64,000 nucleotides of DNA from Pseudovirgaria hyperparasitica (taxonomy: Eukaryota), in assembly GCA_010093815.1 (NCBI GenBank), contig ML996595.1. One strand, 5' to 3'. Made by a program: the position numbers and the translations under genes. Shown piece after piece: positions 48,357-60,630 of this stretch; the stretch's first letter is position 1, and the number at the start of each line of letters is the position of its first letter. Under the pieces are notes generated by a model. The model ran no database searches. It was not told where the DNA came from and saw only the letters and a list, made by a program, of their open reading frames with translations.

Positions 48357-51300
48357 CTATACAGGCTCACTCAGAGAAATCGCCTTCTTAGCCACCAATG
48401 CGCCGACTTCCACCAGCCTAAAGTCACCCACTATATCGTGAATGGCCATATCTACACGCAATTCCCGTGCCAGCCAATTTCTTAGTTCCAGCGCGATCAA
48501 CGAGTCCACGCCAAAAGACCTCATAGTGTCATGGATCGACTTCTCCTCTTCCTTCATCCCAACAATCTTACAAACTTTCGCTTTGATAGATTCCGCCACT
48601 AAAATCTCGGCTTCTTCAATGGACGAGGCTTCACTCAATACAGCTGTCATATCCTGAGCCTGAGCCGCCATGACTGTTTCATTTTCATTTTCATTTACGG
48701 ATCTAATTTGATGGAAAGCGCGGAAAAGGCTTCTGGATAGCTTGGGCGGAAGCTCTCGCCCCTTTCGACGAATGTTTGCTGGGATCTCCAGTCCGCACAC
48801 AATCTGGCTTCTGGCGGCGCTCGTTGGCTGATGGACAGGGTGACAGGAATAGTCGAGGATGGCGAAGACTTCCTCTTGTTTGAGTGCGCGTAAAATATCG
48901 AGTCGTGAAAGTAACTTCTGGATCTCCTTGTTCTCGGCAACGATACCTTCGCCTATGATCATACCGAGGTCAATTGCTATTGCTTTCTCTCCTCTCGACA
49001 CGCGATGTCGCGCTAGCTCATCTTGAAAGGTATTACCGGCTGCGTAATTGCTTTGACTGGCATTACCAATCACCCCGGCCGTGGACGAAAGCATGACGAA
49101 GAAATCTATGCCGGATGGCAGCGTAGCATGAAGATTCCATGACCCCGAAACCTTGGTTCTTACACCTTCATTCCACTCTGCCAGTTGCATGGTGGAAAAT
49201 GGGCGATCCTAGGCGCAAATATCAGCTCGAAAACTCTCTGGCAACAATTGGGGGCCTACACTAAGAATCATTGCCGCTTGAATGCAGCCCCGGATGGGTG
49301 GTAGCGATACAGCAGCTTCGGCAAATATCGTCCTAACAGACTCGAGATCGGTTATGTCACACGGTATGCAGTTTACGTTTACTCCCTTCTCCTCTAGCTC
49401 ATGCACGAGCTGCTTCTTGTCGCTATTGTGACCGATACCAGAACGTGATAATAACAAGAGATGCTTAGCTCCATGTCGGACCAGCCAACGTGCCACTTGC
49501 CGTCCGATCCCGCCCAGGCCTCCGGATATTACATAAGTTGCATCTGTATGTAGGCGATATGGAGTAACAGGACTTGCTCTGACCAAGACCTGCGCGTTCT
49601 CGGGGATATCTAAGACAATTTTGCCAGTGCTCTGTCCGCTTTGCAAAAGACGGAAAGCCTGCTCCGCCTGCTCAACCGGGAATGGATGTACAGGGTATGA
49701 AGGCATCAGTACACCCGAACTAATGAGCTCCATGACTTTTTCTAGAATCTCGCCATCGTGTAGATTTTCGTTCTGCACAATGGCAGTTAGATCGACACAT
49801 GAGAAGGTTGCATTGCGGATAAACGGAAACATTGGCAGAGAACCACGAGAGTCAACGTCTTTTCTGCCAATCTCGACAAAACGTCCAAATGGGGCGATAA
49901 GTTCCCAGGAGGCGACAAGCAGCCTCCCAGAGAGAGAGTTCAGGATGACATCTATACCACGATTTTTTGTAATTCTTCGGATCCCATCGGTAAATGAAAC
50001 GTCACGGCTGGAAAATATGTGGTCTTCATGCAGACCGTAGCGATCGATGAGCACTTTTTTCTTGGCTTCAGTGCTCACAGTGGCGAAAATTTGAGCACCA
50101 ATGTATTTGGCCACTTGGACTGCAGCCTGACCGGTCCCCCCTGCTGCGGCATGAATCAGGACAGTCTCGCCTTTTTGTAGCCGGCCGACCTGTAATATGT
50201 GAGTCCTCGATGAGACGTATCATGCAGAAACAAACCTTGACTAGACTGTGCCAGGCAGTGTAAAATGCCGTTGGAATCGCCGCACCGTCAACGAAAGACA
50301 TTTTATCCGGGAGTTTCACAGCCTGGAAATCAGCGACCCTCACATAGGTCTTATACGTTTCCAGAGCCCCTGTAGCCACGCGATCTCCTACCTGAAATTT
50401 CCGTACCGCACTTCCAATGCGATGTACGTGACCAGAGCACTCGCCGCCGAGCCTATCGGTATTGACACGTCCCAGGAGAACCAAACACTCCTTGAAGTTG
50501 ATGCCGATAGCTTTGACTTTCACTTCTATCTCATTTGGCTTCAGCCCATTGTATGCAACTTCATCTTCGACCCATTCAAGGCTATCAAGAAGTCCTGGGG
50601 TACGAATACTCAATTGGAGTGGCGGACTCGATTCGAAATCTTGCATCTGTACAACTCTACGCAAAGAGTTCCAGACGTACTCATCTACCTTTTTGGCCTG
50701 CGCTAAGCGGCTGACACACAAGCGGCCTGATACTTCGCGATATTCTTCTTCGTACGAACCGTCAATGAGCCCTGCGTGAGTTGCGACCTGTACCTTCTGA
50801 ATAATTTCGACAGCCGAAGCAGGAGCTTCCCACGTATTGGTTTCAAGTAAGAGCGTGACAATGGGGCGGCTTAAATCCTCCGAGCGGCAAGTTCTGACGA
50901 GGCCATCAATCATGGCCCAGTAAGGTGGAGCGTCTTCTCCAGCATCATAGGACTCGGTCCAGATTACACTCTTAGAGCCGGTAAGGACTCTCTGTAATGC
51001 TTCGAAGTCGCCCTGTGCAATGTCCGAGAGCGATTTCTGACCTGGAGAACCAAATATCAAGAAGTCTCTGTGTGCGAGATCCTCCAATTCTAGTATGTCT
51101 TCATAATAGGCAACGGTGGCTACGGACCCACTGGACGATCCGTGATTGGAGGAACTACTCTTGAATTTCTCGGCGATTTGTTCTTCGATCATCGCGCTTT
51201 TGCTTAAGAGTATAGTGGTTGAGTGGAACGGCGGGAGTGCTGTATTGGGTGAGATGAGGGTTTCGGGCGACGAGATCATGATGCTATATAAATGGCACTG

Positions 51301-54300
51301 CGGTGACTCCCAATCTTGGTAGACCTGTTCCAATCCAGAAAATCCATTCTTCTTCAGAAGTAAATCCCATTGGTCCTCGTCGATGATTGCACTGGATTTT
51401 CGTGATCCGTTTGCTCCTAGCCACCAACCTGGCAAAGTGCCGAAGACGAACCCGGTCTCGATCTTATTTGGTGTAGTCATCTCCATAATTATGAGTTTTC
51501 CCCCGGGCTTTAGTAAGCTCTTGACGTTCTGTAACGTCTGGTCCAAATCGCGAGTGGCGTGAAGACCATTGGCAGCGACTACAACATCGTACAGCTCTTC
51601 GAACCCTTGACTCGCCGGATTTTGTTCAATATCGAGTACTTGATACTTCAAACGATCACTGCGTGTCGCGAAACGGTCTTTCGCTTTTTGAAAGAAAAAT
51701 CCTGATATATCGGTAAACGTGTATGACGAGTAGCGTGGTCCATGTTCGCTAGACGCGAGGATGTCCAATATCAGACTGGTGGAGGCTCCAGCTCCAGCTC
51801 CAATCTCAAGAAAGGTCAAGTTCGGGCTCTTATGTACCAGGATGTCTAGGTAGCTGTCTAATAGCTTGTAGGCTCTTCCTTGGTTGTTCAATTCTTCGTA
51901 AAAGGAAGCCACAAAATGGTCATCCTTAAACAAGAGACTCAGAGGATCTAAATCCCCGACTAGTATATCCGTCGTTTTCCTAGAACCTGACCCGTCGTCG
52001 AGTGTTGTTTTGCTCATCAGAGCATCAGGATCAGGAAGGCGGCCTAAATGCGAGTAGTGATCAACGCGGGCTTGTAGCCAAGTAGCGTATCGAGTCAAAG
52101 AAGGATGAATTCGCCGTCTTTCAGACTTTATTGTCTCTAGCGCCTTGGCAGCGAAGCAGGATATCATGAGTCGAATATCATCAAAGAATTTTTCAGGTTC
52201 CTGCTCGAAACCAACATTATGTGAGCAATAGTTATGTATCCCGGTATTGTCGAGCAGAGCTATATCTGGTTTCCAGAATATTCCATAGCATAGTGGTTGG
52301 GGACCCGCCTCAGTTTGCGTGTCTTTTTCATCAGAGGCGACTTGCGTTACCTCGAGCTGGTCAATTTCGACTCTAACTTCATTCGCCGAGCACGAGTATA
52401 CTACCGTGGAGCTCTCCGCGCAGACCTTGCTCAAGAACCTTGCTTGACTGTGTGCTATCTCTTGCGCACATGATTCTTTCCCTGCCCCTTGTCTAGAGAT
52501 CCATATTCGAGAAATCCGTGACGGTACGAGTGTGGGTAACCCGACTGTAAGTCCTCTACTCAAGGCTGGAATGGTAAGCTGAAATATGCCATCAAGCGTG
52601 GCTGGATGAATTACATATGTAGCCGGAGATTCAGTCAGGTCTGCGTGCGGTAGAATGGAAGCTATCGCTCTGCCATCCATATTGTAGTGAATATCCGACA
52701 AAGGTTGGAACACAGGACCATACTGGAGCGCTGTACTCTCGTGAATCTTTTGATACATGTCTTGAGTGTCAATACTTCTACGACAGGCCTTCAAAGCGAT
52801 CTGCAGCTCCTCTTCGGTCCTTTGCCTGGTGTACATCATCTCTTTCATGGTGAATTGCGTGTCGCGATGGGCGAAGTCGGCACGGATAAGTCCGTCGCAA
52901 GCTATCTGCCAGATCGCGTCGGGAAGTCTCGAGTAGATATTGAACTTATATTGAGCGTCCTTGGTCCCGGCTCCTGCGACAGCTACAAGGCTTGTCTGGA
53001 GATCCAAGCTGGCCGAAGATGAATTAAGGACTATTGGAGCGAGAAAACGGATGTCATGTATCTCGAAACCTACAGGACATGGCTTTTGCTTAGACATTAA
53101 CTGATTGATAGCCTCGATTGCTAAAGCGATCATGCCCGCAGCTGGGTACCATATTTGACCATCGATTTGGTGTTCAGCTATCCATGGCATCGTTTCTTCT
53201 TTAATTTGAAGTCTCCATAATGCATTATTCTCATTCCAATCGAGACTTGGCTCACCAAGGAGAGCGTTATGACCAAAAGGTCTAAAGCGATAAGACCGGG
53301 ACCTGCTTGATTCTTGCCAGTGTATCACAGAATGATTGAACGGGTAGGGCGGAAGGTCCAGGGCAAACCTTGGGACTCGTGTTGGAGAAGTGCTCAAGGA
53401 GTTGATTGCTTGTAGGTCAATCTGAATGTCCCGACAGTAAAGCTCACCCGCAGCCTCCAAGAGGGTTTTATCTGCGGCCACATTTCTCGCCAGGAGAGGG
53501 GCGTAAAAGAAGTCTGTCGCGTCGTTACTCTCGAATACCTCGCGGATCGGACCCCGGAGCGCCGAGTGAGGTCCTACCTCCAGCCAGTTGCCTGTGAATA
53601 TCTTTCCAGTAGAATCTGACTTAGGAGCAACCGATGAGCTGCAGTCGAGAGTAGCCGCGAGCCTAACTGCTTGTTCAAACTTGACTGGTGAGATCATGTT
53701 CTTCACCCAATACATAGGTGTGCAAACATCTTGCGGCTTTATTGGATGCGCGGTGACGGAGGAAACCATCATAGTCAAGCCAAAATTGGTGTCGGGAGTC
53801 AGATTTATCAGATGCGAAGCATATTCGTGAGATATCTTTTCCATTTGTGGCGAATGGTAGGCTAGATCTACGTTCAACCTCCGTGTAAATCTGCCGTTTT
53901 TCGAAAAGTGGCTAAGTAGTTGATCCAGCTGCACACTGGGACCCGATAGTGTGACATTGTTGGGGCTATTGATGCAACTGATTGTAATTTTGGATGTGTC
54001 AAAGAAGTCTATCGAAGTCTCACTGAACTTCGTTAATTCTTCAGTAACCGCGTTGCTTGAAATTTGAACAGCGATCATGCCTTGTTTCTCAGATGAGCTA
54101 CACGAGACCCTGTCGGCCAGAACTCCTCTGAAGTAGGCGACCCTGACCGCAGACTCATGAGAAAGGTATCCGGCACAGTAAGCAGCAGCAATCTCTCCTG
54201 AAGAATGGCCGACGACAACCTGCGGCTGAATGTGACAAACTCGGGTCACTTCAATCAGCGCTATCTGGACAATCGTAGTCAAAGTCTGGCTGAACTCAGG

Positions 54301-56327
54301 CTTGTTGATACGGCTTTGCGCGGGAGAAGCAGAGAGCTCTTCCATGATGTTCCATCGACAGCCAAGATCTTCAAGGAAGCTCTGAGAACGGGCCAGGCTT
54401 TCTATCACTTTCGGCCATGTCAAAATCTCGAGCGCCATATTTGGGTACTGTGCACCCTGACCGGTGAATACGAAGCCTAACCGAGGAGTTGAAATATTTA
54501 TAGAGCGCCGGGAGGTGAGTGATCTACTACCGAGCTCAATCAAATCTTGGCTAGATTCAATTATGGAGTATGCACGCCATGATTGTGGGAGCTGCCGTAA
54601 GTTAAGAGTGTACAGAACATCCTCCAGGGCTTCAGCGTTGAGATGGGTTCGGCGATGCGAAAGGTATGCAGATATCGACTGGGTGATTCGTGCGACTCCT
54701 TCTTCGTCTGATGAACATATAGCTAGAATTCTAGAGGTGCAGCTAGGAGCCACGTTCACGGGTACCAAATCGCCACTATTTGCAACTTTGTCTCTATGGC
54801 CGTCAACCGACGCGATACCATTTGACTTCACCATGCAACTGAGGCGGAGAGTCTTGGATCCATAGTTATACCCAGCGGCTTGGAGATAGTCCATGGCAGA
54901 GTCTAGAACAACGTGTACATTTGTTCCACCTGGAATAGATTAGCGCGGTAAATAATAGTTTCCACTTGGCTCACCAAATCCAAACGAATTCACCGAGGCC
55001 CTTCGAGTCTCATCCTTGGGCCAAGGTATACTTTGCGTGGGAAAATGGAGCTTCAATCCAACCGCATCGATTCGCGGATTAAGCTCATCGAAGTTAGCAT
55101 TTGGGGGTATGATGCCCTCTTCTAAGCAAATGACAGTCTTGACAATTGCTGCAAGCCCGCTTGCACCTTCCAGATGGCCAATCATTGACTTCAGCGCGCC
55201 GACGTACATTGGCGACGAGGCGGAGCGGTATTCTTGGAACGCTTCACCAATTGCTGAGGCTTCAATCGGATCTCCAATGAACGTGCCAGTACCGTGACTT
55301 TCGAAAAAGCGGGTGTATGCCATGTCTAATTCAGCCTTCTTGTATGTTTCTCTAATAAGTTGCAACTGCATGTCTTTGCTTGGCTGGGTAAGACCTCCGG
55401 GGGTGAAGCCGTCTTGATTCATGCCGATCGACCTGATGACTGCGCGAACCGGGTTGCCGTCCCTGATTGCTTTGGAAACTGGCTTGAGAAGTAGTGAAGC
55501 GAAACCTTCACCGCGCCCGTACCCATCGCCTTTTGCATCAAAGCTTCGAGAAGTCCCACTTGGAGAGAGGAAGTTGAGATTACTCAAAGAAATCCCAAAT
55601 TCAGGTCCAAGAATGATGTTGGCGGCTGCAACGATGGCCATATCCGAGCCAGAGTAGATGGCCTGGCAACCTAGAGCCGTGGCAACCAGACTACTTGAAC
55701 AAGCGGTGTCCACGAAGATGCTTTCCCCTTTTAGATTGAAGAAATAACTAATCCTGTTTGCTAGGATAGAGCTAGCAGTACCAATTGCGTTGTATTTGGG
55801 CATGCTCTGTGTGTCACGTGACTGCATTTGAGCGAAGTCGTGGGCGAATGAGCCCACATGGACTGACGTTTTTGTCCCACTGACGTCTTTCAGAGAAAGC
55901 CCAGCATTCTCTATAGCATGGTAAGTGGCCTCCATCAATGCTCGCTGTTGTGGGTCCATGGCGATGACCTCGTGAGGGGCCATAGCGAAGAAGCCAGCAT
56001 CAAAGTTGCGGATGTCTGAGCCTAGAAAGTGTGCTTTCCTTGCGGCAATCTTCAAGGGTCACTTTAGCTGAAAATATCATTTAGGAGAGCTTTGAGGCTT
56101 ACGGTATTCCGTTTCCCTGAAGGATGCCAGAAACTGTCTATATTGAGACGGTCCTCGGGGTATTCTGTGGCCAGGTTCTCTCCGACCAGTAGAGCCTTTA
56201 GAAAAGCATCGGAGGACTCTATGTCTTTTGGAAACTTGAAACTCATGCCGATAATGGCAATTGGCTCTGTCTCTGCGGCCATGTGGTGGTCAGACTGCTG
56301 ATTGTGGTATCCCGGAACACTCGGCAT
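48357..56327 (-). CDS. Highly reducing iterative type I polyketide synthase KS-AT-DH-CMeT-ER-KR-ACP, 2591 aa, 5 exons (56327-56103, 56049-54975, 54929-50236, 50189-49260, 49208-48357)
   Basis: KS: EPIAIIG, DTACSSS, HGTGT, GHLEGASG. AT: GHSSGE, AYHS. DH: HQIDGQIWYP, HPATLDGIFQ. CMeT: LEIGAGAG, LHAT. ER: LIHAAAGGTG. KR: GGLGGIG, YAAGN. ACP: GVDSL. Exon lengths sum to 7776 nt with no internal stop. Confidence 0.95.
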
Positions 56328-56620
56328 CTTCTTCAATACGGGGTATAGTATGCCCTGTTCTGATGGTATGTAGTCCAGTGGAGGTTCTTGCTAGATTATC
56401 GACACTTGTATACGGCACACCTAGCAGAAATTTGTGCGATGAGCGATTAGACAAGCTTCGGTTTTCAAGAAGTGGGTAACTTTATGCTTAAGGCGAGCGT
56501 CTGCATCTTCGATGCAACTCTATTTAAAAGCCGTAAGTTAATAGCCATTTTTAAAGTGGCGTGTCATTCGATATAGCGACCACAACAATGTTAGGAGGGA
56601 TGAGCTGCATACATGGATGG

Positions 56621-56968
56621 ATCCGTCGTTTTGCTAGAACCTAAGTCGCTAGCACTAATAGTGCACGCGTGTTCTCTCCCCCATCTCTCTATCCATCTAG
56701 AGCTCTGTTCTACTTTAACGTCTATTCTCCTTCTTCCTCTTCTCTAAGAAACTAGACCCTCTTATTATAGAATAGAATAGAGAGTATAGAGCTTAATAAC
56801 ATGTAGACTTAATCTCCTTAGTCTACTCTATGAGTCTATGTAGGTATGTTAGTATATAGACCCTTATATAGAGGTAGAGAGGTAAAATAACTATCCAATA
56901 GGGGTGTGTAAATATACGCGTGTAATTGAAAAATGCTAAGCGACTTAGGCTCTAGAAAAACGACGGAT
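56621..56968. mobile_element. 348-bp non-autonomous DNA transposon (MITE-like) with ~35-bp terminal inverted repeats
   Basis: Left end ATCCGTCGTTTTGCTAGAACCTAAGTCGCTAGCA; right end reverse complement ATCCGTCGTTTTTCTAGAGCCTAAGTCGCTTAGCA; shared CACGCGT further in. Interior is TpA-rich (RIP). No clear TSD. Confidence 0.8.
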
Positions 56969-57129
56969 GTCTTAAGCGCTCGCTCGAGTACTCTTGGCAG
57001 CGCCGATAGTAGGTACCGACCCTGTTTACTACCGGTTAGCCAGCCTCTCTATTTCTACCTAGAGCCCTATTCCATGTACATTACTATTACTTATCTAGAC
57101 TCCGGCATGCATATACAGTCGGATATAAC

Positions 57130-58170
57130 CCGAGGGCCTAGATTAGAATTATATAGTTAGTTAATCTAAAAGTTTAGCTTAAGATTAGAATCTATACTAT
57201 AGAATTACTAGAAATACTTATATTAGAATAAATTAAGTATATAATAATTATCTAATTAAAAAGTAGAAGGGAGATAGAAAGACTAAGAGATAGATTATAA
57301 GTATATTATATCTATATCTTAGAATATTATATATATTTACTAATATATAACTTTAAGTAACTAGAGATATAGAAATTTTAGTAGATTTAATAAAATAAAA
57401 TTAATTAATATATCTAGCTAATAGTAGTCTATCTATTATCTATATATAAGATTAAAACTAACTAAGATTTAGATAATAGAGCTTAATAATAGAAATACTA
57501 TAGAGATATATAGATACTTTAAGTTCTAGTACTAGTAGTATATTAAGTCTCTTTATAGAAATAGATATAGTAGATAAGAAATAAATAGATATAGTAAGAT
57601 CTAGATAGTAATAAAGATTCTTTAGACCTCTTAGTATATATTATATAATATATATATATTTTATCTAAAATTATCTTTTATATAAAATTACGTTTTCTTT
57701 AATAGCTTTAAAATTAAGATTTTAGAAAGTTTCTAATTATATTTAAATATACTACTTTTATATAGACTCTTATCTTATATATATATAATAATAATAAAGT
57801 AAATAAATAAGTTATTTTAAAAATTCTTTAAATAATAGTTATTTTAAGAAGAGATAAGAAAAAGAAACTTAAATATAGTTTTTTATTAGAATAACTTACT
57901 TATTTATTCTTTTTTTCTTACTTTCTTATATTCTATTTCTATCTATTACTATATTAAGTTATAGAATAGAAATAGAATAGATATTAGTAGAGTCTAGAGA
58001 AAGGTACTATATAATTAGTAATCTATAAGATTTCTATAGATCTAATATAGAGATAGCTAATTAATATCTAGAAGACTAGCTTATATAAAACTAATATAAT
58101 TATTATAGCCGTCTTCGAATTATTATTATTAACGTTAACTATATTTAACTAGTATAGTATAAATGGTCTT
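57130..58170. mobile_element. RIP-degraded AT-rich transposon remnant in the PKS/MFS divergent intergenic region
   Basis: ~1 kb almost devoid of CpA/TpG, TpA-rich, no ORF; contains a segment homologous to 46819-46980. Confidence 0.8.
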
Positions 58171-58581
58171 AAGCTACACGTCTTTAAGTAAACAAGGTAC
58201 ACGTCTCAGAGTAAATAACCTCCCTTGCATCGGTTAAAACATATCCGCCCTCTCCGGAACCATGTATTTGAACTTACACAAGTAATCTAACCAATTAGAT
58301 TTAGACTATACCATCTTCGCAATCTTTCTTAAGGCGTAGATTAAGCTTGTACTCTGTATTACGTTATTTAATAAGATTGAGCGTGCATGGATTCGGATTG
58401 TATGCGCCGTCTGCTCTAAGCATAAAACCCTATCCCGACGGAGCAATTACGGCCCGGCTCATCTGCCTCAGCAGTGGACGGCTACATAGCACCTACAACG
58501 CACGTGTGCGAGCCCTGAGGTAGGCAAAGCAGTTTTTCAGATGAGACTATCCGAGTCCAACTCTTTCATCTTCTGCATACC

Positions 58582-60557
58582 ATGTCGAATATCAAGAACG
58601 AGGCTGTGAGAGACGACATCTCTCAACCTGCTGTGGTTCAGAATGGCTCTTCGAAACACTTCGAAGATTCTCTGGATCACGTACAGTGGATTACAGGATG
58701 GAGACTGTGGATCATTGGTATTGGGTAAGTCTGGCAAAATTCCAAGCGACTATATCTGCTGAGGCATCGCTAGGCAAGGTCTCTGCTTGTTCATGGTCCA
58801 GACAGAATTAAGCATCACAGGAACAGCAATAATATCTATCACGAATGATCTTGGGAACTTTGCGATCAGCTCATGGGTTTTTACAGCTTACCTACTCGCC
58901 TACGGAGGTGAGAATCTGAAAATACCAGTATTAAAGTTAACACAACTTGACATTATCGCAGGCTTTCCAATTATTCTTACCCGGCTTTCCGACATTTTGG
59001 GCCGCAAAGTTGTCTGGCTCAGTTGCCTGGTTCTCTTCATCATATTCACCGGCGCATGTGGAGCATCACAAACGCTATTTCAACTGTAACTCATCCATAA
59101 TCGAACAACCCTCTTTGGTGAGCTGACATCGGTTAGCATCATGTTCCGTTGGATAACAGGCATTGGTGCAAGCGGAGTCCTTTCCATTGCCAGCCTCTAT
59201 GGTTTCGATTTACGCCCTCCTGAAAAATGGGCTCAATACTCCGCAGCTGTCATATCTGTGGTGACAATATCGTTTGCCATTGCGCCAGTAATCGGGGCAG
59301 CCCTATCGAACGTCGGTCAATGGCGGTGGGTATTCCTGCTGAAGTAAATACTTTTCCTCCTCGAACATAATGTCAATTAAGAAATCCGCTAAAAATTTCA
59401 GTGTTCCGTTAGGCGTCGTAACCTTTCTCATGCTATCTTTCGCCGCACCTAGCAAACTCACACAGGAACCCGCCTCCAGAAGGCGCTCTGATATACCTGA
59501 TGGACATTCGAAAGGGCGAACGAGTGCTCTTCGTACGCTTGACGTAATAGGAGTCGTCACTGTTCTTGGAAGTTCGATACTAATCACAGCTGCCTTGCAG
59601 CAGGCCGCCAAAGGAATACCTTTCAGGTCAGCTCAGGTGATCGCTTTGATAGTCGTCGGAGGGCTACTTTCCTTAGCATTCGTGCTCTGGCAATGGCTTC
59701 TATCGTCCAATAGCAGGACTGTCTCGCCGTTGCTCTCGTGGGAAATTTTGACAAACCGGATATTCTTGGGTATGCTTGTGTACGCGTTCCCAAATGCTGT
59801 CATGCTGTATGATATCTTGACATTCGTAGTGATTCTTGGCTTGTCGGTGCCATCGTTGCTGTCAGCATTGTTCAGATACCTCAGAGGTTCGCAGTGGTCA
59901 ATGGCTATTCGATTTTAGACGCGGGCGTGAGACTGCTCCCGTTCGCTGCTGTGATGGCTGTCTCTTCGATACTTGCGACAGTCATCATGACAAGAGCTAA
60001 GATACCTGCTGTCAACATGCTCATCTCAAGCGGACTTCTCATGGTGGCTGGCACGGTAGGTCTGTCCAAGTCGTCAACGTCAGGACAACTTCAAGCCCAT
60101 CAATATGGTTTCCAAATCCTTACCGGTTCTGGTGTCGGCATAATGGTTGTCGTTCTAGGAATCTTACCTCCGTACGTTGTAGAGAGAAAATATATAGGTG
60201 AGTGTCCTTTGAGTCAATGATCACACCCGGCTGACCCAAGTCTTAGCGGTGACTTCTGGGGCTGTTACTCAGTTCAGACTGCTTGGCTCTGCGATCGGAT
60301 TGGCCCTCGTGACGTGTGTATCGAACCCCTATCTATCTAGAAACTTACAGGGGATTTTGTCCACCGAGGAAATCAAAGACTTCCTTGATCGTCCTTCAAC
60401 CTTGTATGAACTAGCGCCTCAGAAGCAAGCCGCGTTACGTGAGATCAGTGGTAAATCTTATAATTTGCAGATAACGATCATGATTGGGTTTTCTGTGGCA
60501 ACAGTACTTTTTAGCTTGCTACAATGGCAAAGAAACGCTATCGTGATCAAAGGATAA
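58582..60557 (+). CDS. MFS drug:H+ antiporter (DHA14/EmrB-QacA type), 554 aa, 7 exons (58582-58724, 58774-58907, 58962-59085, 59137-59343, 59402-59779, 59830-60197, 60247-60557)
   Basis: ITGWRL, SSWVFTAYLL, motif A RLSDILGRK, FRWITGIGASG, APVIGAAL...WRWVFLLNVP, QIPQRFAVVNG, AGVRLLPF, QFRLLGSAIGL. Six GT-AG introns give a 1665-nt open frame. Confidence 0.9.
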
Positions 60558-60630
60558 GGCACAAACTACACGATTGTGATAGGCTTATTCTACTACCAAC
60601 CAAGTCTCAAACAACATTGCACTCGCTGTC

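Noticed and set aside
50068..50235. Apparent PKS frameshifts at ORF junctions (also 54930-54974, 49209-49259, 56050-56102)
   Set aside because: All are explained by short GT-AG introns; the spliced frame is continuous.
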